Positions 55,991 through 64,000 of a stretch of DNA of 64,000 nt are shown piece by piece. The stretch is taken from IMG/VR virus record IMGVR_UViG_3300011906_000001, positions 1-64,000 of that record; one strand, written 5' to 3'. Position 1 is the first letter of the stretch; every line of letters begins with the position of its first letter. Both the position numbers and the translations under genes were made by a program. The stretch is from an uncultured virus (IMG/VR IMGVR_UViG_3300011906_000001). Its lineage: Duplodnaviria; Heunggongvirae; Uroviricota; Caudoviricetes. Under the pieces are notes generated by a model. That model searched no databases. It worked only from the letters and a program-made list of their open reading frames with translations, and was not told the origin of the DNA.

Positions 55991-57301
55991 ATGTATACGC
56001 TAAAAGGCTTTTTTGCTTATTTGCCTTTGGTTAACAACAGTGCCGATCAAGTGGCACTGTTTGGGGAACTCTCAGCCGATAGCATGACCTACGGCAAAGA
56101 CAAGGCCATTTACACCAGTGATGTATCGCCACAAACGACCTTGGTGGCCTTTCATAGTATCAACGACGAGCGCGCGGTTGAGGTCCCTTCAACGATTGTG
56201 ACCAACGCCCTTAAGATTGGCCAGTTCCTCTACAGTCGAGCGATTGCCAATAACATCCCAGACAGCCCCATTACACTGAATCAGCAAGTCAATGCTGAAT
56301 TTAACACCAGTCTTCAGGATTTTACCTGTGGGGTGATTTCAAGTGATGGTCGGGTTAAACTACCCGAATGGATTAGCTACACCGACACCACTGTTGCACG
56401 GCAAACCTCGGCCGTGACTCTATGGTTATCGGATGCTAGTTTTAGAAGTCAATACCCCGAATATGAGATCGAGGTGATTCCTCCGTTCGCTAATCTGGAT
56501 GACTTTTTCCAAGACCCTCTTAAGGTTAAAGCCAAGCTGGATCAATATAACCTTGTCACTAAAATGGATGAGGTTCAGGCTAAACGAGGACAATACCCCT
56601 ATACCCTGCTTCGGGGTCAGGAGTATGATTATCAAGACCCTCGCAATCCTTCCACGAAATACCCCACCTTTTGGCTGCCCCTGATCTACGGACAAGCAGG
56701 TAATAACCCTGACATCATTCGTCAGGCCATTGTGGATTTCGTGCTTGAGAACTCCACACACTCTCAAGACGAGTGGGTGGAGGTACTGCCTGATCTGTTT
56801 AAGACCACCGAATTTATCATCACCCCTTTTTGGATGAACTATTCGGTTCCTAACAAGGATTATCAAGCCGGGATCTACAGTCCAACCCTACGGCCTGCTA
56901 AAGCCCTTGAGTTACTGAAGAAGACCACGAAGGGGGGTAAGTTCACGGAACAATGGATCGCCAAGCAATATGAAACCAGTGCTTTCATGTACAAGTCATT
57001 GGCCTTGGGTATTGTAGGTAACCCAGATAACCGTGGCGGTATCACTCAGTTCTCGGAACAGTTTAACGACTTCATGCTGGTCACCAACAACAGTGATGAT
57101 TTTAACCGCATGAGTGTTGCCACTCAGGAATTTGTGGTCCTACTCACCAATCTGATTAAAGTGGCTGAGACCTTCACTCAGTACACCTCAGTACCGGTTG
57201 GAATGGCACGCGTGATTCGAGAAGGCGTGGTATACATCAGTGCCTACTACGATAATGTCAATTACTTGGTAGCGGCCAAACCGTCGATTGAAACCCTTTA
57301 A
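55991..57301 (+). CDS. virion structural protein (phiKZ gp157-like)
   Basis: MYTLKGF...FGELS, LWLSD..F..QY, PDLFKTTEF; synteny after RNase H. Confidence 0.7.
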   Translation: MYTLKGFFAYLPLVNNSADQVALFGELSADSMTYGKDKAIYTSDVSPQTTLVAFHSINDERAVEVPSTIVTNALKIGQFLYSRAIANNIPDSPITLNQQVNAEFNTSLQDFTCGVISSDGRVKLPEWISYTDTTVARQTSAVTLWLSDASFRSQYPEYEIEVIPPFANLDDFFQDPLKVKAKLDQYNLVTKMDEVQAKRGQYPYTLLRGQEYDYQDPRNPSTKYPTFWLPLIYGQAGNNPDIIRQAIVDFVLENSTHSQDEWVEVLPDLFKTTEFIITPFWMNYSVPNKDYQAGIYSPTLRPAKALELLKKTTKGGKFTEQWIAKQYETSAFMYKSLALGIVGNPDNRGGITQFSEQFNDFMLVTNNSDDFNRMSVATQEFVVLLTNLIKVAETFTQYTSVPVGMARVIREGVVYISAYYDNVNYLVAAKPSIETL

Positions 57302-57306
57302 TCAGG

Positions 57307-57342
57307 GCATAAGGGAGTGGGGATTCCCACTCCTTTTATTTT
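57307..57342 (+). terminator. hairpin terminator
   Basis: GGCATAAG-GGAGTGGG-GATT-CCCACTCC-TTTTATTTT. Confidence 0.75.
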
Positions 57343-57353
57343 AAGGATGTCTT

Positions 57354-57836
57354 ATGAGACCTTTGACCTTAAAGCTCAATGAAAATCCAAGGGGGTCAAA
57401 CCCTGTTGATGGACTGTATAAAGCCATCAAACGTCAATACCCAACCCTTGGACTGACCCGTAAAAATTCAGTGATTGGCAATATCCAAGCCTGGCCAACT
57501 CAGTATGAGCCTTATCGCACGTACATGAAGATTATTAAGAAAGGATCACCCAATCAGGCCGAGGAGTTCTTCTTTCACCGGTTTGATATTTCGCTATATA
57601 TCAACAACCCCATTTTTAGTAAAACTGAAGCCAAGGCCTTAGAACCTAAAACAGGCCATGAGGTATTAAATGCAGTGGCAGCTAAACTGAATTTAAACCT
57701 AACCCCTGATGACTTTTGGGTCGAGGCTTACCCGTTTACCTCCACGGGGGGTGAGGTGTCGCCTAACTTCAGATTACAAACGCGTTATAACTCCCCATAC
57801 TGGTGTGGATCAACAATTGTTTGGCTCCATCAATAA
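57354..57836 (+). CDS. virion protein of the Y-x-R-L...S-x-x-W-x-G paralog family
   Basis: FFFHRFDI...LNLNLTPDDF...NSPYWCGS. Confidence 0.6.
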   Translation: MRPLTLKLNENPRGSNPVDGLYKAIKRQYPTLGLTRKNSVIGNIQAWPTQYEPYRTYMKIIKKGSPNQAEEFFFHRFDISLYINNPIFSKTEAKALEPKTGHEVLNAVAAKLNLNLTPDDFWVEAYPFTSTGGEVSPNFRLQTRYNSPYWCGSTIVWLHQ

Positions 57837-57856
57837 TGGCTTTGTAGGATTGATTT

Positions 57857-58477
57857 ATGTCCAACCTGATCCCACCGATTGGAACCCGTGGGCTTTATTC
57901 ATTGGCCGCGCCCTTTGATACAGCCCTTGAACCCACTGAGCTTTATAAATGTGCAGGGATTCGTAGTTTTAAAGACATTGAGAATAACGAGAAAGATGTC
58001 TATGAAACCTATTACGCCCCTTACGGATTAACGCAGGCTGAAACTAAGCGCGACCGAAAAGATGACGTAGTCATCGTTACCCTGATTAGTGATACCTACG
58101 CCCCCATCTATGTCCCCAGTAGCTACATTAAAAGCTACCCTAATTTAGCCAATAAAAACTACCAACGCATCATTCTCTCGGCTGATTTGGGGCCGTTACC
58201 CGATTACTTGGATTTGACCTTTGTTAAGGATCAAGTTGCAACCGCTGTGTCTCAAAGCTTTGGGGTAGTCCCTACGGTTAATGTAGCAGTCGCCCCGATG
58301 GGCGGTGTGGTCACTTCAGAGGAAGCGGATGCGCGGGAAGCGGCCAGGCAGGCGGCAATTAAAAACAGCACCACCGATTATGCCAAGCTTTTAAAAGCCA
58401 ATCAAACCATTGAAGCGTTGCAATCTCGATTGGCTGTCCTTGAACAGATCGTTAGAGATCATAACCTGATAGGATAA
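57857..58477 (+). CDS. conserved hypothetical (probably virion) protein
   Basis: 206 aa, AGGA SD, C-terminal coiled coil. Confidence 0.65.
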   Translation: MSNLIPPIGTRGLYSLAAPFDTALEPTELYKCAGIRSFKDIENNEKDVYETYYAPYGLTQAETKRDRKDDVVIVTLISDTYAPIYVPSSYIKSYPNLANKNYQRIILSADLGPLPDYLDLTFVKDQVATAVSQSFGVVPTVNVAVAPMGGVVTSEEADAREAARQAAIKNSTTDYAKLLKANQTIEALQSRLAVLEQIVRDHNLIG

Positions 58478-58481
58478 AACC

Positions 58482-58682
58482 ATGAGTGAGAAGAGCGGTA
58501 ACTGGATCGACCAGGTCACAGGCTACACGCCTAAAACCACCCAAACCGATCATGTTACAGTGCAAACAGGTCATGACACCACCCGGCCTGATAACAGCAC
58601 CGACATCGGAAAACTCTTCAATCGAATGAACCCTCCAGGGGTTGCAGGCATTGCCACGACGTATACCGGTGGTAAGGGATAA
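58482..58682 (+). CDS. small hypothetical protein
   Basis: 66 aa, AGGA SD, coupled to the upstream gene. Confidence 0.6.
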   Translation: MSEKSGNWIDQVTGYTPKTTQTDHVTVQTGHDTTRPDNSTDIGKLFNRMNPPGVAGIATTYTGGKG

Positions 58683-58742
58683 CCCGTTTGTTCTGTTTAC
58701 TTTATGAGGCTAAGGCCCCTTTCACTTTAGGAGAATCAAACA

Positions 58743-60803
58743 ATGTCAAGCACTATGACTCGATGGCTTGAACAGGTCAGTAAAGAATCCGTTGATGATC
58801 AGGCCACTGCCGTGATCGGCGAACATGTTGAATCTGGGCAGGGTTCAATGAATGCCGTTAAAACCGATCTGGATGTAAACAAGCCTGAAGATTTGGGTGT
58901 CACCGATGTTCCCCATGAAGATGATGGTGAGAACAAGGTGAACGCAGATCCTGATGATCAGGTTAAGATCGATCCTGATAAAGCACCGGGCACTAAAACC
59001 CTGAGCGATACCTCCATCTCGACTGAATCCCATCCGAATGAACCGGTCATCGGTGGGAAGATGCCTGAAGAAAGCAAGATGGATGAAGATCCTCGCGGTG
59101 AAGTGACCCATAAAACCACGACCGATGAGTCGGTTAAGGTCACCGACAATGAAGTCTCGATGCCTGAGACGGATACGGAAGAAAGCCTTGAAGCCGATGA
59201 TGGCATCAAGAAGATCAATGGCGAAGCCCGCACTCACGAACCGCAACAAACCCGTGAAGCGCGTAAGCAACTGGAAGGCGATGTAGACGTGGCGAAAGTG
59301 GATAATGCCAATGTGTCGATTGAAGACGCAGAAGGCAATTTGGACAATGTGGATCTGAGCTCGCCAGAGGCACCTCTTAACGTCGATGGTACCGATGTGG
59401 AGGATGTGGTAAGGGATGAAGCGAACGAAGCTCCTGAGGGGGTTACAGGCGCTCCTGATACCCAGCTGGCCAGTGACATCGTTGACATTACGCAAGGCAA
59501 TGGTCAAGACCCAGTTCAGGAAGCGGCTGAGCACATGAATGAGGTCGCCGACGACCTTGAAGAAATGGAGCTGATGAGCCAATCGCTTGAACGCTACCAT
59601 GAGCTGCTGACTCAAGCAACTGCCAATGGCGGGTTGGTTGATCCGTTGTTGGCTAAAGCCGTTCAGATCGGCATGGAATCCTTTGGCGAGCCTTGGATGG
59701 TAGATGGAATGCCATCGCTTGAAAGTTATAGCGACCCAACCGATCGGTTCACCGTGTCCAACGAAGCCATGGACAACATCAAAGGTAAGCTGGCTGATTT
59801 GGCTAAGGCGACTCGCAATGCCATTGCCAAGCTGTGGGAATGGTTGCAGGATCTGTGGAACCGGATCAGTGCCGATGCCGACAAACTCAAAGCCAAAGCC
59901 GATGAATTGATTCAGAAAGCAGGCGGCATTGAAGAGCTTAACGAAGCGCCCATGCCTATTAAAGGCGCTGAGCGGTTGTATATCAGCAAAGTCTTTGCCG
60001 GCGATACCGTTCAACCGATTGTTGAGCTTAACAGGGCGGCTAACAGCTTCCTGGTGGCTTATCCGAAGATGACCCGTGAGATGCTGGAAGTCTTTGCCAA
60101 GACCATGAAGAAGCAGTATTCAATGAAGATTGAGGCTGAGCATGTGATTGCTGCTGCCATTCAGGCTTATGCAGATCACTTCAAGCCTGATCTGCTGAAA
60201 ATGTATCCGGTTAAAGGGGACGCCGTTCCAGGCAAGCTTCAGAAGTATGATGCTGTAGTCGCCACCAAACCTCTTCAAGGTAACATGGCGTTCTATGCAG
60301 CCTTTAAGCACAAAGATGAGATCAATGGTCAGAAATTTGGTGCTGAGACGTCAGGTGCTTACCATGGCAATGACGTCTTTAAGGTTGACTTTGCCCGTAT
60401 TCCAGGCAGTGAAGTGGCCAATTACGACGATCAAGTTCGGGCCCCTGACCAAGCTGAAATCGTTCGCATGCTCAAAGCCGTACAGAGTCTGTGTGATCTG
60501 ATGGATGACCTGGATGTCGAGCGTTCTGAGCTTAAAGCGGTACGTGAGACCATTGAAAGTAAAATCATCATGAGCAGCTACATGGGTTCAGATTTCATGG
60601 ACGTGTCCACGGCTCGGATGATGGCTCAGAAGCTGGCCTCTAATGCCATTACGCCAGTGGGTGCTTTCTCGGGTTATCTGTACAGTGTGGTGAAGGCATA
60701 TCTGGCGGTCATTGAGCGCTACATCCGTCATCACAACCCTAAGGCTGTTGAAGCCGAAGAAGGTGCTTTCCGTCACAGCCCCCGAGCCCTCCCAGCGGCT
60801 TAA
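58743..60803 (+). CDS. internal head protein (phiKZ gp162-like) with long acidic propeptide
   Basis: Many S/G-x-E sites (ISTE, ESLE, VSIE, QSLE, IGME, PSLE, VSNE); AGGAG SD. Confidence 0.75.
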   Translation: MSSTMTRWLEQVSKESVDDQATAVIGEHVESGQGSMNAVKTDLDVNKPEDLGVTDVPHEDDGENKVNADPDDQVKIDPDKAPGTKTLSDTSISTESHPNEPVIGGKMPEESKMDEDPRGEVTHKTTTDESVKVTDNEVSMPETDTEESLEADDGIKKINGEARTHEPQQTREARKQLEGDVDVAKVDNANVSIEDAEGNLDNVDLSSPEAPLNVDGTDVEDVVRDEANEAPEGVTGAPDTQLASDIVDITQGNGQDPVQEAAEHMNEVADDLEEMELMSQSLERYHELLTQATANGGLVDPLLAKAVQIGMESFGEPWMVDGMPSLESYSDPTDRFTVSNEAMDNIKGKLADLAKATRNAIAKLWEWLQDLWNRISADADKLKAKADELIQKAGGIEELNEAPMPIKGAERLYISKVFAGDTVQPIVELNRAANSFLVAYPKMTREMLEVFAKTMKKQYSMKIEAEHVIAAAIQAYADHFKPDLLKMYPVKGDAVPGKLQKYDAVVATKPLQGNMAFYAAFKHKDEINGQKFGAETSGAYHGNDVFKVDFARIPGSEVANYDDQVRAPDQAEIVRMLKAVQSLCDLMDDLDVERSELKAVRETIESKIIMSSYMGSDFMDVSTARMMAQKLASNAITPVGAFSGYLYSVVKAYLAVIERYIRHHNPKAVEAEEGAFRHSPRALPAA

Positions 60804-60815
60804 CTGGAGTTCATC

Positions 60816-62012
60816 ATGAGTCAAGCGAGGTTTGAACGAGTCAGTGATGACTTAGATCGCATGGCTCAGATGTCCTGTGCACTTGAGGCCTATGGAGAAA
60901 TCCTAAGGTCTCAAGCATTCGATCCTTCAAGTCCTGTGGGTAAAGCCATTGGAATTGGGCTTGAAGCGATCGATCCGAATATTGACATTAAAGAAGGCTC
61001 TAAGGTTACCTTAAGGGCCATTAAGGAAGGGCTGATCGCGTTGGCTAAAATGACGCGTAATGCCATTCGGATTCTTTTTGAAACGATTCAATCGTTTTAT
61101 GTCAAATTCACAGGGAGTCTGGGTGCGGTCAGATCCAAGCATAAACGGGTTGGCAAACAACTGGGTCGTTTGGGAAGTCGGGTCGCTTATACCAAGATGA
61201 CCATCACAGGGGTTAACCGATTGTCGGTTAATGGGGAGTTTATTGGGGATGATCCCGCGTCCTTGCAGGGGATCTTGCAAGTGACTGAGTTTATCCTTAA
61301 TACCTACCCACGCGCTGTGGCGAATGTCTCTCGGGACACCTCACGTCGGTTTGTGAATCTGGTAGAGGATGCTGAAGATAAAACGAATAAGGAAATAGCG
61401 AAAGAGGCCATTTCGTTGTTTGCTCAGTCGTTGCATTCAAAGCTTACGATTCCTGCAAGCTTTGTGTCGGCATCTCACAAGGAGTTACCTCCAGGCTTTA
61501 AGGACATGGGTACTCAACACCGGTCGCTCTTTATGCCAGGCAATTATGCCTTGGTGTTGAGCCACCCGTCAGAGATCCAGTCTCGGGCTGAGAAGACCCA
61601 AGCAACTAACTACGCCACAGTGATCAACAATGCCTTTACCTGTAAGTTTATTGAGCTTCCCCTCAATACAGCCGACAGAGGAGCACGGGAAGTTGAAGTC
61701 CCTTCCATTCAGGTTCTAAATCAACTCTATCAAGGGATTTCAAATATCCTTTCGGTAGCAGAACGAGGGGAGTCTGGGGTTGAGGATTTCAAAACGGTTA
61801 AGTCCATTGTCGATGATGCGATTCGGCAAGTGGCTGAACGTAGCCGTGATGTCAGTAATGCCAACAATGTGGTGATTCACATGCTGGGAGCGATGAGTCA
61901 GAAACTGGCTGAACCCATGGGATCATTTACCCATTGGCTGGCCATTACGCTCAACGTCTATCTGGCTTACATGGATCATTGCATCAAGCATTACCAGGAA
62001 GAAGGCGTGTAA
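60816..62012 (+). CDS. internal head protein (phiKZ gp163-like), paralog of the upstream gene
   Basis: ALEAY...KAIGIGLE parallels SLERY...KAVQIGME of 58743; similar C-terminal helix. Confidence 0.75.
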   Translation: MSQARFERVSDDLDRMAQMSCALEAYGEILRSQAFDPSSPVGKAIGIGLEAIDPNIDIKEGSKVTLRAIKEGLIALAKMTRNAIRILFETIQSFYVKFTGSLGAVRSKHKRVGKQLGRLGSRVAYTKMTITGVNRLSVNGEFIGDDPASLQGILQVTEFILNTYPRAVANVSRDTSRRFVNLVEDAEDKTNKEIAKEAISLFAQSLHSKLTIPASFVSASHKELPPGFKDMGTQHRSLFMPGNYALVLSHPSEIQSRAEKTQATNYATVINNAFTCKFIELPLNTADRGAREVEVPSIQVLNQLYQGISNILSVAERGESGVEDFKTVKSIVDDAIRQVAERSRDVSNANNVVIHMLGAMSQKLAEPMGSFTHWLAITLNVYLAYMDHCIKHYQEEGV

Positions 62013-62015
62013 CAA

Positions 62016-62048
62016 ACATAGGCCTCCCGTTATGGGAGGCTTTATGTC
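62016..62048 (+). terminator. hairpin terminator with TTTATG tail
   Basis: CATAG-GCCTCCC-GTTAT-GGGAGGC-TTTATGTC. Confidence 0.75.
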
Positions 62049-62057
62049 GTTTAAGAA

Positions 62058-62097
62058 TTGATTCCAATTAATTTAAGACCTATATGACAATTGGGAA
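62058..62097 (+). promoter_or_regulatory. early promoter, TTGATTCCAA class
   Basis: TTGATTCCAA(62058)...CTATAT(62080)-N8-GGAA. Confidence 0.7.
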
Positions 62098-62144
62098 CCT
62101 GCAACCAATAGGTTCCATAAACCATCGTTCTTAGGAGAACAACC

Positions 62145-62444
62145 ATGCTCGAACTTACCATCACTGGCCTCATGGTTAGCTGCTTTGTTGGATTCAATGT
62201 ATTCGTACTGGCTACATTGGGCACCAACGGCTGGCTCTATACCCACGCTTATAATTATCAAATGGTCGTTGATAATGCTAAAGCCTTTGCCGTGTATATT
62301 GCTACCAACATCATCATGATGGCAACTGCGTTGTATTTTGATTGGCTTATCTTCACAGCATGCCTCATTGCACTGATCGCAATTGAACACATTGTTCGAC
62401 TGGCGGCCTATAAGTTGATTCCAAATAATTTAAAGTCTATATAG
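62145..62444 (+). CDS. small polytopic membrane protein
   Basis: 99 aa, about three hydrophobic helices, AGGAG SD. Confidence 0.7.
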   Translation: MLELTITGLMVSCFVGFNVFVLATLGTNGWLYTHAYNYQMVVDNAKAFAVYIATNIIMMATALYFDWLIFTACLIALIAIEHIVRLAAYKLIPNNLKSI

Positions 62445-62464
62445 CCTTTGTGAATCTACAGCAA
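62414..62464 (+). promoter_or_regulatory. early promoter, TTGATTCCAA class
   Basis: Near-identical to 3570-3620; embedded in the 3' end of 62145..62444. Confidence 0.75.
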
Positions 62465-62503
62465 CTACGCTGTTATAAACCACGATCTTAGGAGATCAAA
62501 AAC

Positions 62504-62968
62504 ATGTTCGGTCTTAATCGCAAAAACAAAACTGCTAAAGCTCAAGAAGACGTGATGGGTCATGAAGCCCATCCCGATATGGTTAACAACGCAAATTTCA
62601 CTGAGGGTGCTGACATGGCTGACAATGTTCACGAGTTCAAGAAAACCGATACTGAAAACACCACCAACCAAACCCACGAGGAAAACACCATGAACAACGA
62701 AACCAATACGGCTGAAGATGTCAAGCTCGACGAAACCGCTGCTCCTGAAGCCACGACTTCCAAGAGCAAGAAGTTCATCAAAGGTGCTATGATCGGTGCA
62801 GGCGCTCTGGTGGGTGTCGGCATCGCATATGGCGTTTATGCCGTCCTGCGCAGCACCGGCGCCACTGAAGCGGCTGATGCTGCTGAAGGTATTGCTGAAG
62901 CCGCCAGCGATGCTGTTGCTGAAGCCGCTGGTGAAATCACTGAAGCGGTTGCAGCTGCCTTCCGTTAA
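62504..62968 (+). CDS. early single-pass membrane protein with Ala/Glu-rich tail
   Basis: AGGAG SD; KSKKF-IKGAMIGAGALVGVGIAYGVYAVL TM; AAE repeats; high-expression codons. Confidence 0.75.
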   Translation: MFGLNRKNKTAKAQEDVMGHEAHPDMVNNANFTEGADMADNVHEFKKTDTENTTNQTHEENTMNNETNTAEDVKLDETAAPEATTSKSKKFIKGAMIGAGALVGVGIAYGVYAVLRSTGATEAADAAEGIAEAASDAVAEAAGEITEAVAAAFR

Positions 62969-63001
62969 GGCATAAATGAGCCCCAGTTTCCTGGGGCTCA
63001 T
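62969..63001 (+). terminator. hairpin (CATAA family)
   Basis: GGCATAA-ATGAGCCCCAG-TTTC-CTGGGGCTCAT. Confidence 0.6.
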
Positions 63002-63037
63002 CAACTAACATTCTCTACGCTATTAAGGAACTTAAGC

Positions 63038-63154
63038 ATGAATCTCAATAACCAGAATGATCAATCCAAAGAAAAAGAAATCGATGAGCAACTGGCTCAG
63101 CTTGAAGCCTTGCTCAGAAAGCGTCGTCTGAAAAAGATGATAGGCATTGAGTAA
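63038..63154 (+). CDS. small charged helical protein (38 aa, not in ORF track)
   Basis: AAGGA SD; MNLNNQNDQSKEKEIDEQLAQLEALLRKRRLKKMIGIE. Confidence 0.5.
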   Translation: MNLNNQNDQSKEKEIDEQLAQLEALLRKRRLKKMIGIE

Positions 63155-63160
63155 GGATCA

Positions 63161-63207
63161 ATCTCACCGGGGCGCTATGCCCCGGAGATAATCCCCTTTA
63201 TTTTTTT
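63161..63207 (+). terminator. intrinsic terminator between convergent genes
   Basis: CCGGGGC-GCTAT-GCCCCGG with extended stem and downstream T tract. Confidence 0.6.
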
Positions 63208-63208
63208 G

Positions 63209-63664
63209 TTAGTCTTGCTCAGAACGGTCTTTCATACGACCAATGAACTCTTCAGAGGTTTCGGCAATTACTCCAATATCCGCCTCTCCTGGAACAGGTT
63301 CATAATCGCCAAGCTTGCTTTCATCCACTTTAGGAATTACCGGCGTCAGTTCGGTGACAGAACCATCTGGGTTTCGCATGAACGGGTTCTTATTGTTTTG
63401 CGTCCTAACAAACTGAGCCATGGCATCAGCGATGTCTTTAGAGCTATTAACCCCTTCCTGATCAATTCGGTTCTTTCTATCACCAATGGCTGTGTGATCC
63501 ATATCCTTCAGGCCTTTAAGCAAAAGATTAGCCGTTTCAGGATCGGTCGGAATCGAATGTTCACACAACTTATTGATGAACTTACGGCGGATGTTTTGAG
63601 TGTAGTTGAGCGTTTGCTCATAGCTCATGGGTTCAGCTTCAGGGGTCTCGATTAGCGTATCCAT
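63209..63664 (-). CDS. conserved hypothetical protein
   Basis: About 151 aa from ATG 63664 with AAGGA SD. Confidence 0.65.
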   Translation of the reverse strand: MDTLIETPEAEPMSYEQTLNYTQNIRRKFINKLCEHSIPTDPETANLLLKGLKDMDHTAIGDRKNRIDQEGVNSSKDIADAMAQFVRTQNNKNPFMRNPDGSVTELTPVIPKVDESKLGDYEPVPGEADIGVIAETSEEFIGRMKDRSEQD

Positions 63665-63714
63665 TGGGTAATCCTTGAATAATTTACAGCACACCTTTAC
63701 GATATGCTAAGAAT

Positions 63715-63748
63715 AGAAAAGAGTTTAGACCTATATCATTTTAATGTA
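63715..63748 (+). promoter_or_regulatory. putative early promoter
   Basis: CTATAT(63731)-N8-TGTA with A-rich upstream. Confidence 0.5.
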
Positions 63749-63798
63749 TAGAAACCCTGGATAACCCATTCCACTATGGATACGGCAAAACCCATGAC

Positions 63799-64000
63799 AT
63801 GATCACAAGACTGTTAAACCATTTTAAACGTAAAAACAAGATCAAGCGACTTGAGCGCTATCGATTACAATTGGCTTTAATTGGAGGGAGGATTTATAAC
63901 ACCAGACATGCCCCTAAACTGTTAAGTGATTTTTGGTGTGGGCTTAATGTTGACGATTTAACACGTTTTAATACAAGGCAACGTTTAAGCATTGAACTTG
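63799..64000 (+). CDS. hypothetical protein, N-terminal part (runs off window)
   Basis: MITRLLNHFKRKNKIKRLERY... open to the window end, downstream of the promoter motif. Confidence 0.5.
   Translation, partial: MITRLLNHFKRKNKIKRLERYRLQLALIGGRIYNTRHAPKLLSDFWCGLNVDDLTRFNTRQRLSIEL

Noticed and set aside
58845..60014. 389-aa antisense ORF (also 15703..16521, 32556..33449, 41303..41965, 28912..29439, 62465..63004)
   Set aside because: Shadow ORFs opposite well-supported genes, with atypical composition and no convincing SD
2490..63001. Repeated hairpins as CRISPR repeats, REP/IS ends or integron attC sites
   Set aside because: Dispersed singly at operon ends, no regular spacers, no cas, transposase or integrase in the window
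1..64000. Stop-codon reassignment or tRNA genes
   Set aside because: Standard code gives dense, full-length core genes ending in TAA, TGA and TAG; no cloverleaf or T-loop signature recognised in the short intergenic gaps

Overview
This window is a segment of a phiKZ-like jumbo myophage genome (probably Chimalliviridae). The assignment rests on split multisubunit RNA polymerase beta pieces, a phiKZ-type DnaB-gp119-major capsid block, the portal, and head proteins with S/A/G-x-E protease sites. Core genes: DnaB-like helicase, major capsid protein, non-virion and virion RNAP beta fragments, portal, RuvC, SbcC/Rad50, dUTPase, UvsX/RecA, RNase H, central spike plus PAAR tip, four paralogous tail-fibre genes and spanin-like lysis genes. 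Early accessory islands lie at about 2.5-6.3 kb and 62-64 kb. Most notable: (1) a duplicated fibre/decoration cassette (24.4-30.8 kb) whose proteins carry matching short C-terminal motifs and N-terminal domains, suggesting a chain-linked, possibly self-extending fibre; (2) a terminator-early promoter module with an invariant 39-nt spacing, plus a family of CATAA-hairpin-TTATG elements; (3) a DarG-like macrodomain plus phosphatase and small membrane proteins under near-identical early promoters; (4) an intact plus a degenerate 2OG-Fe(II) oxygenase in the tail-fibre operon; (5) a thrombospondin-C-like lectin insertion in one fibre; (6) two separate spanin-like gene pairs. No tRNA, rRNA, CRISPR array, intron or transposase was recognised. 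phiKZ gp numbers come from remembered synteny and motifs, not from database searches.
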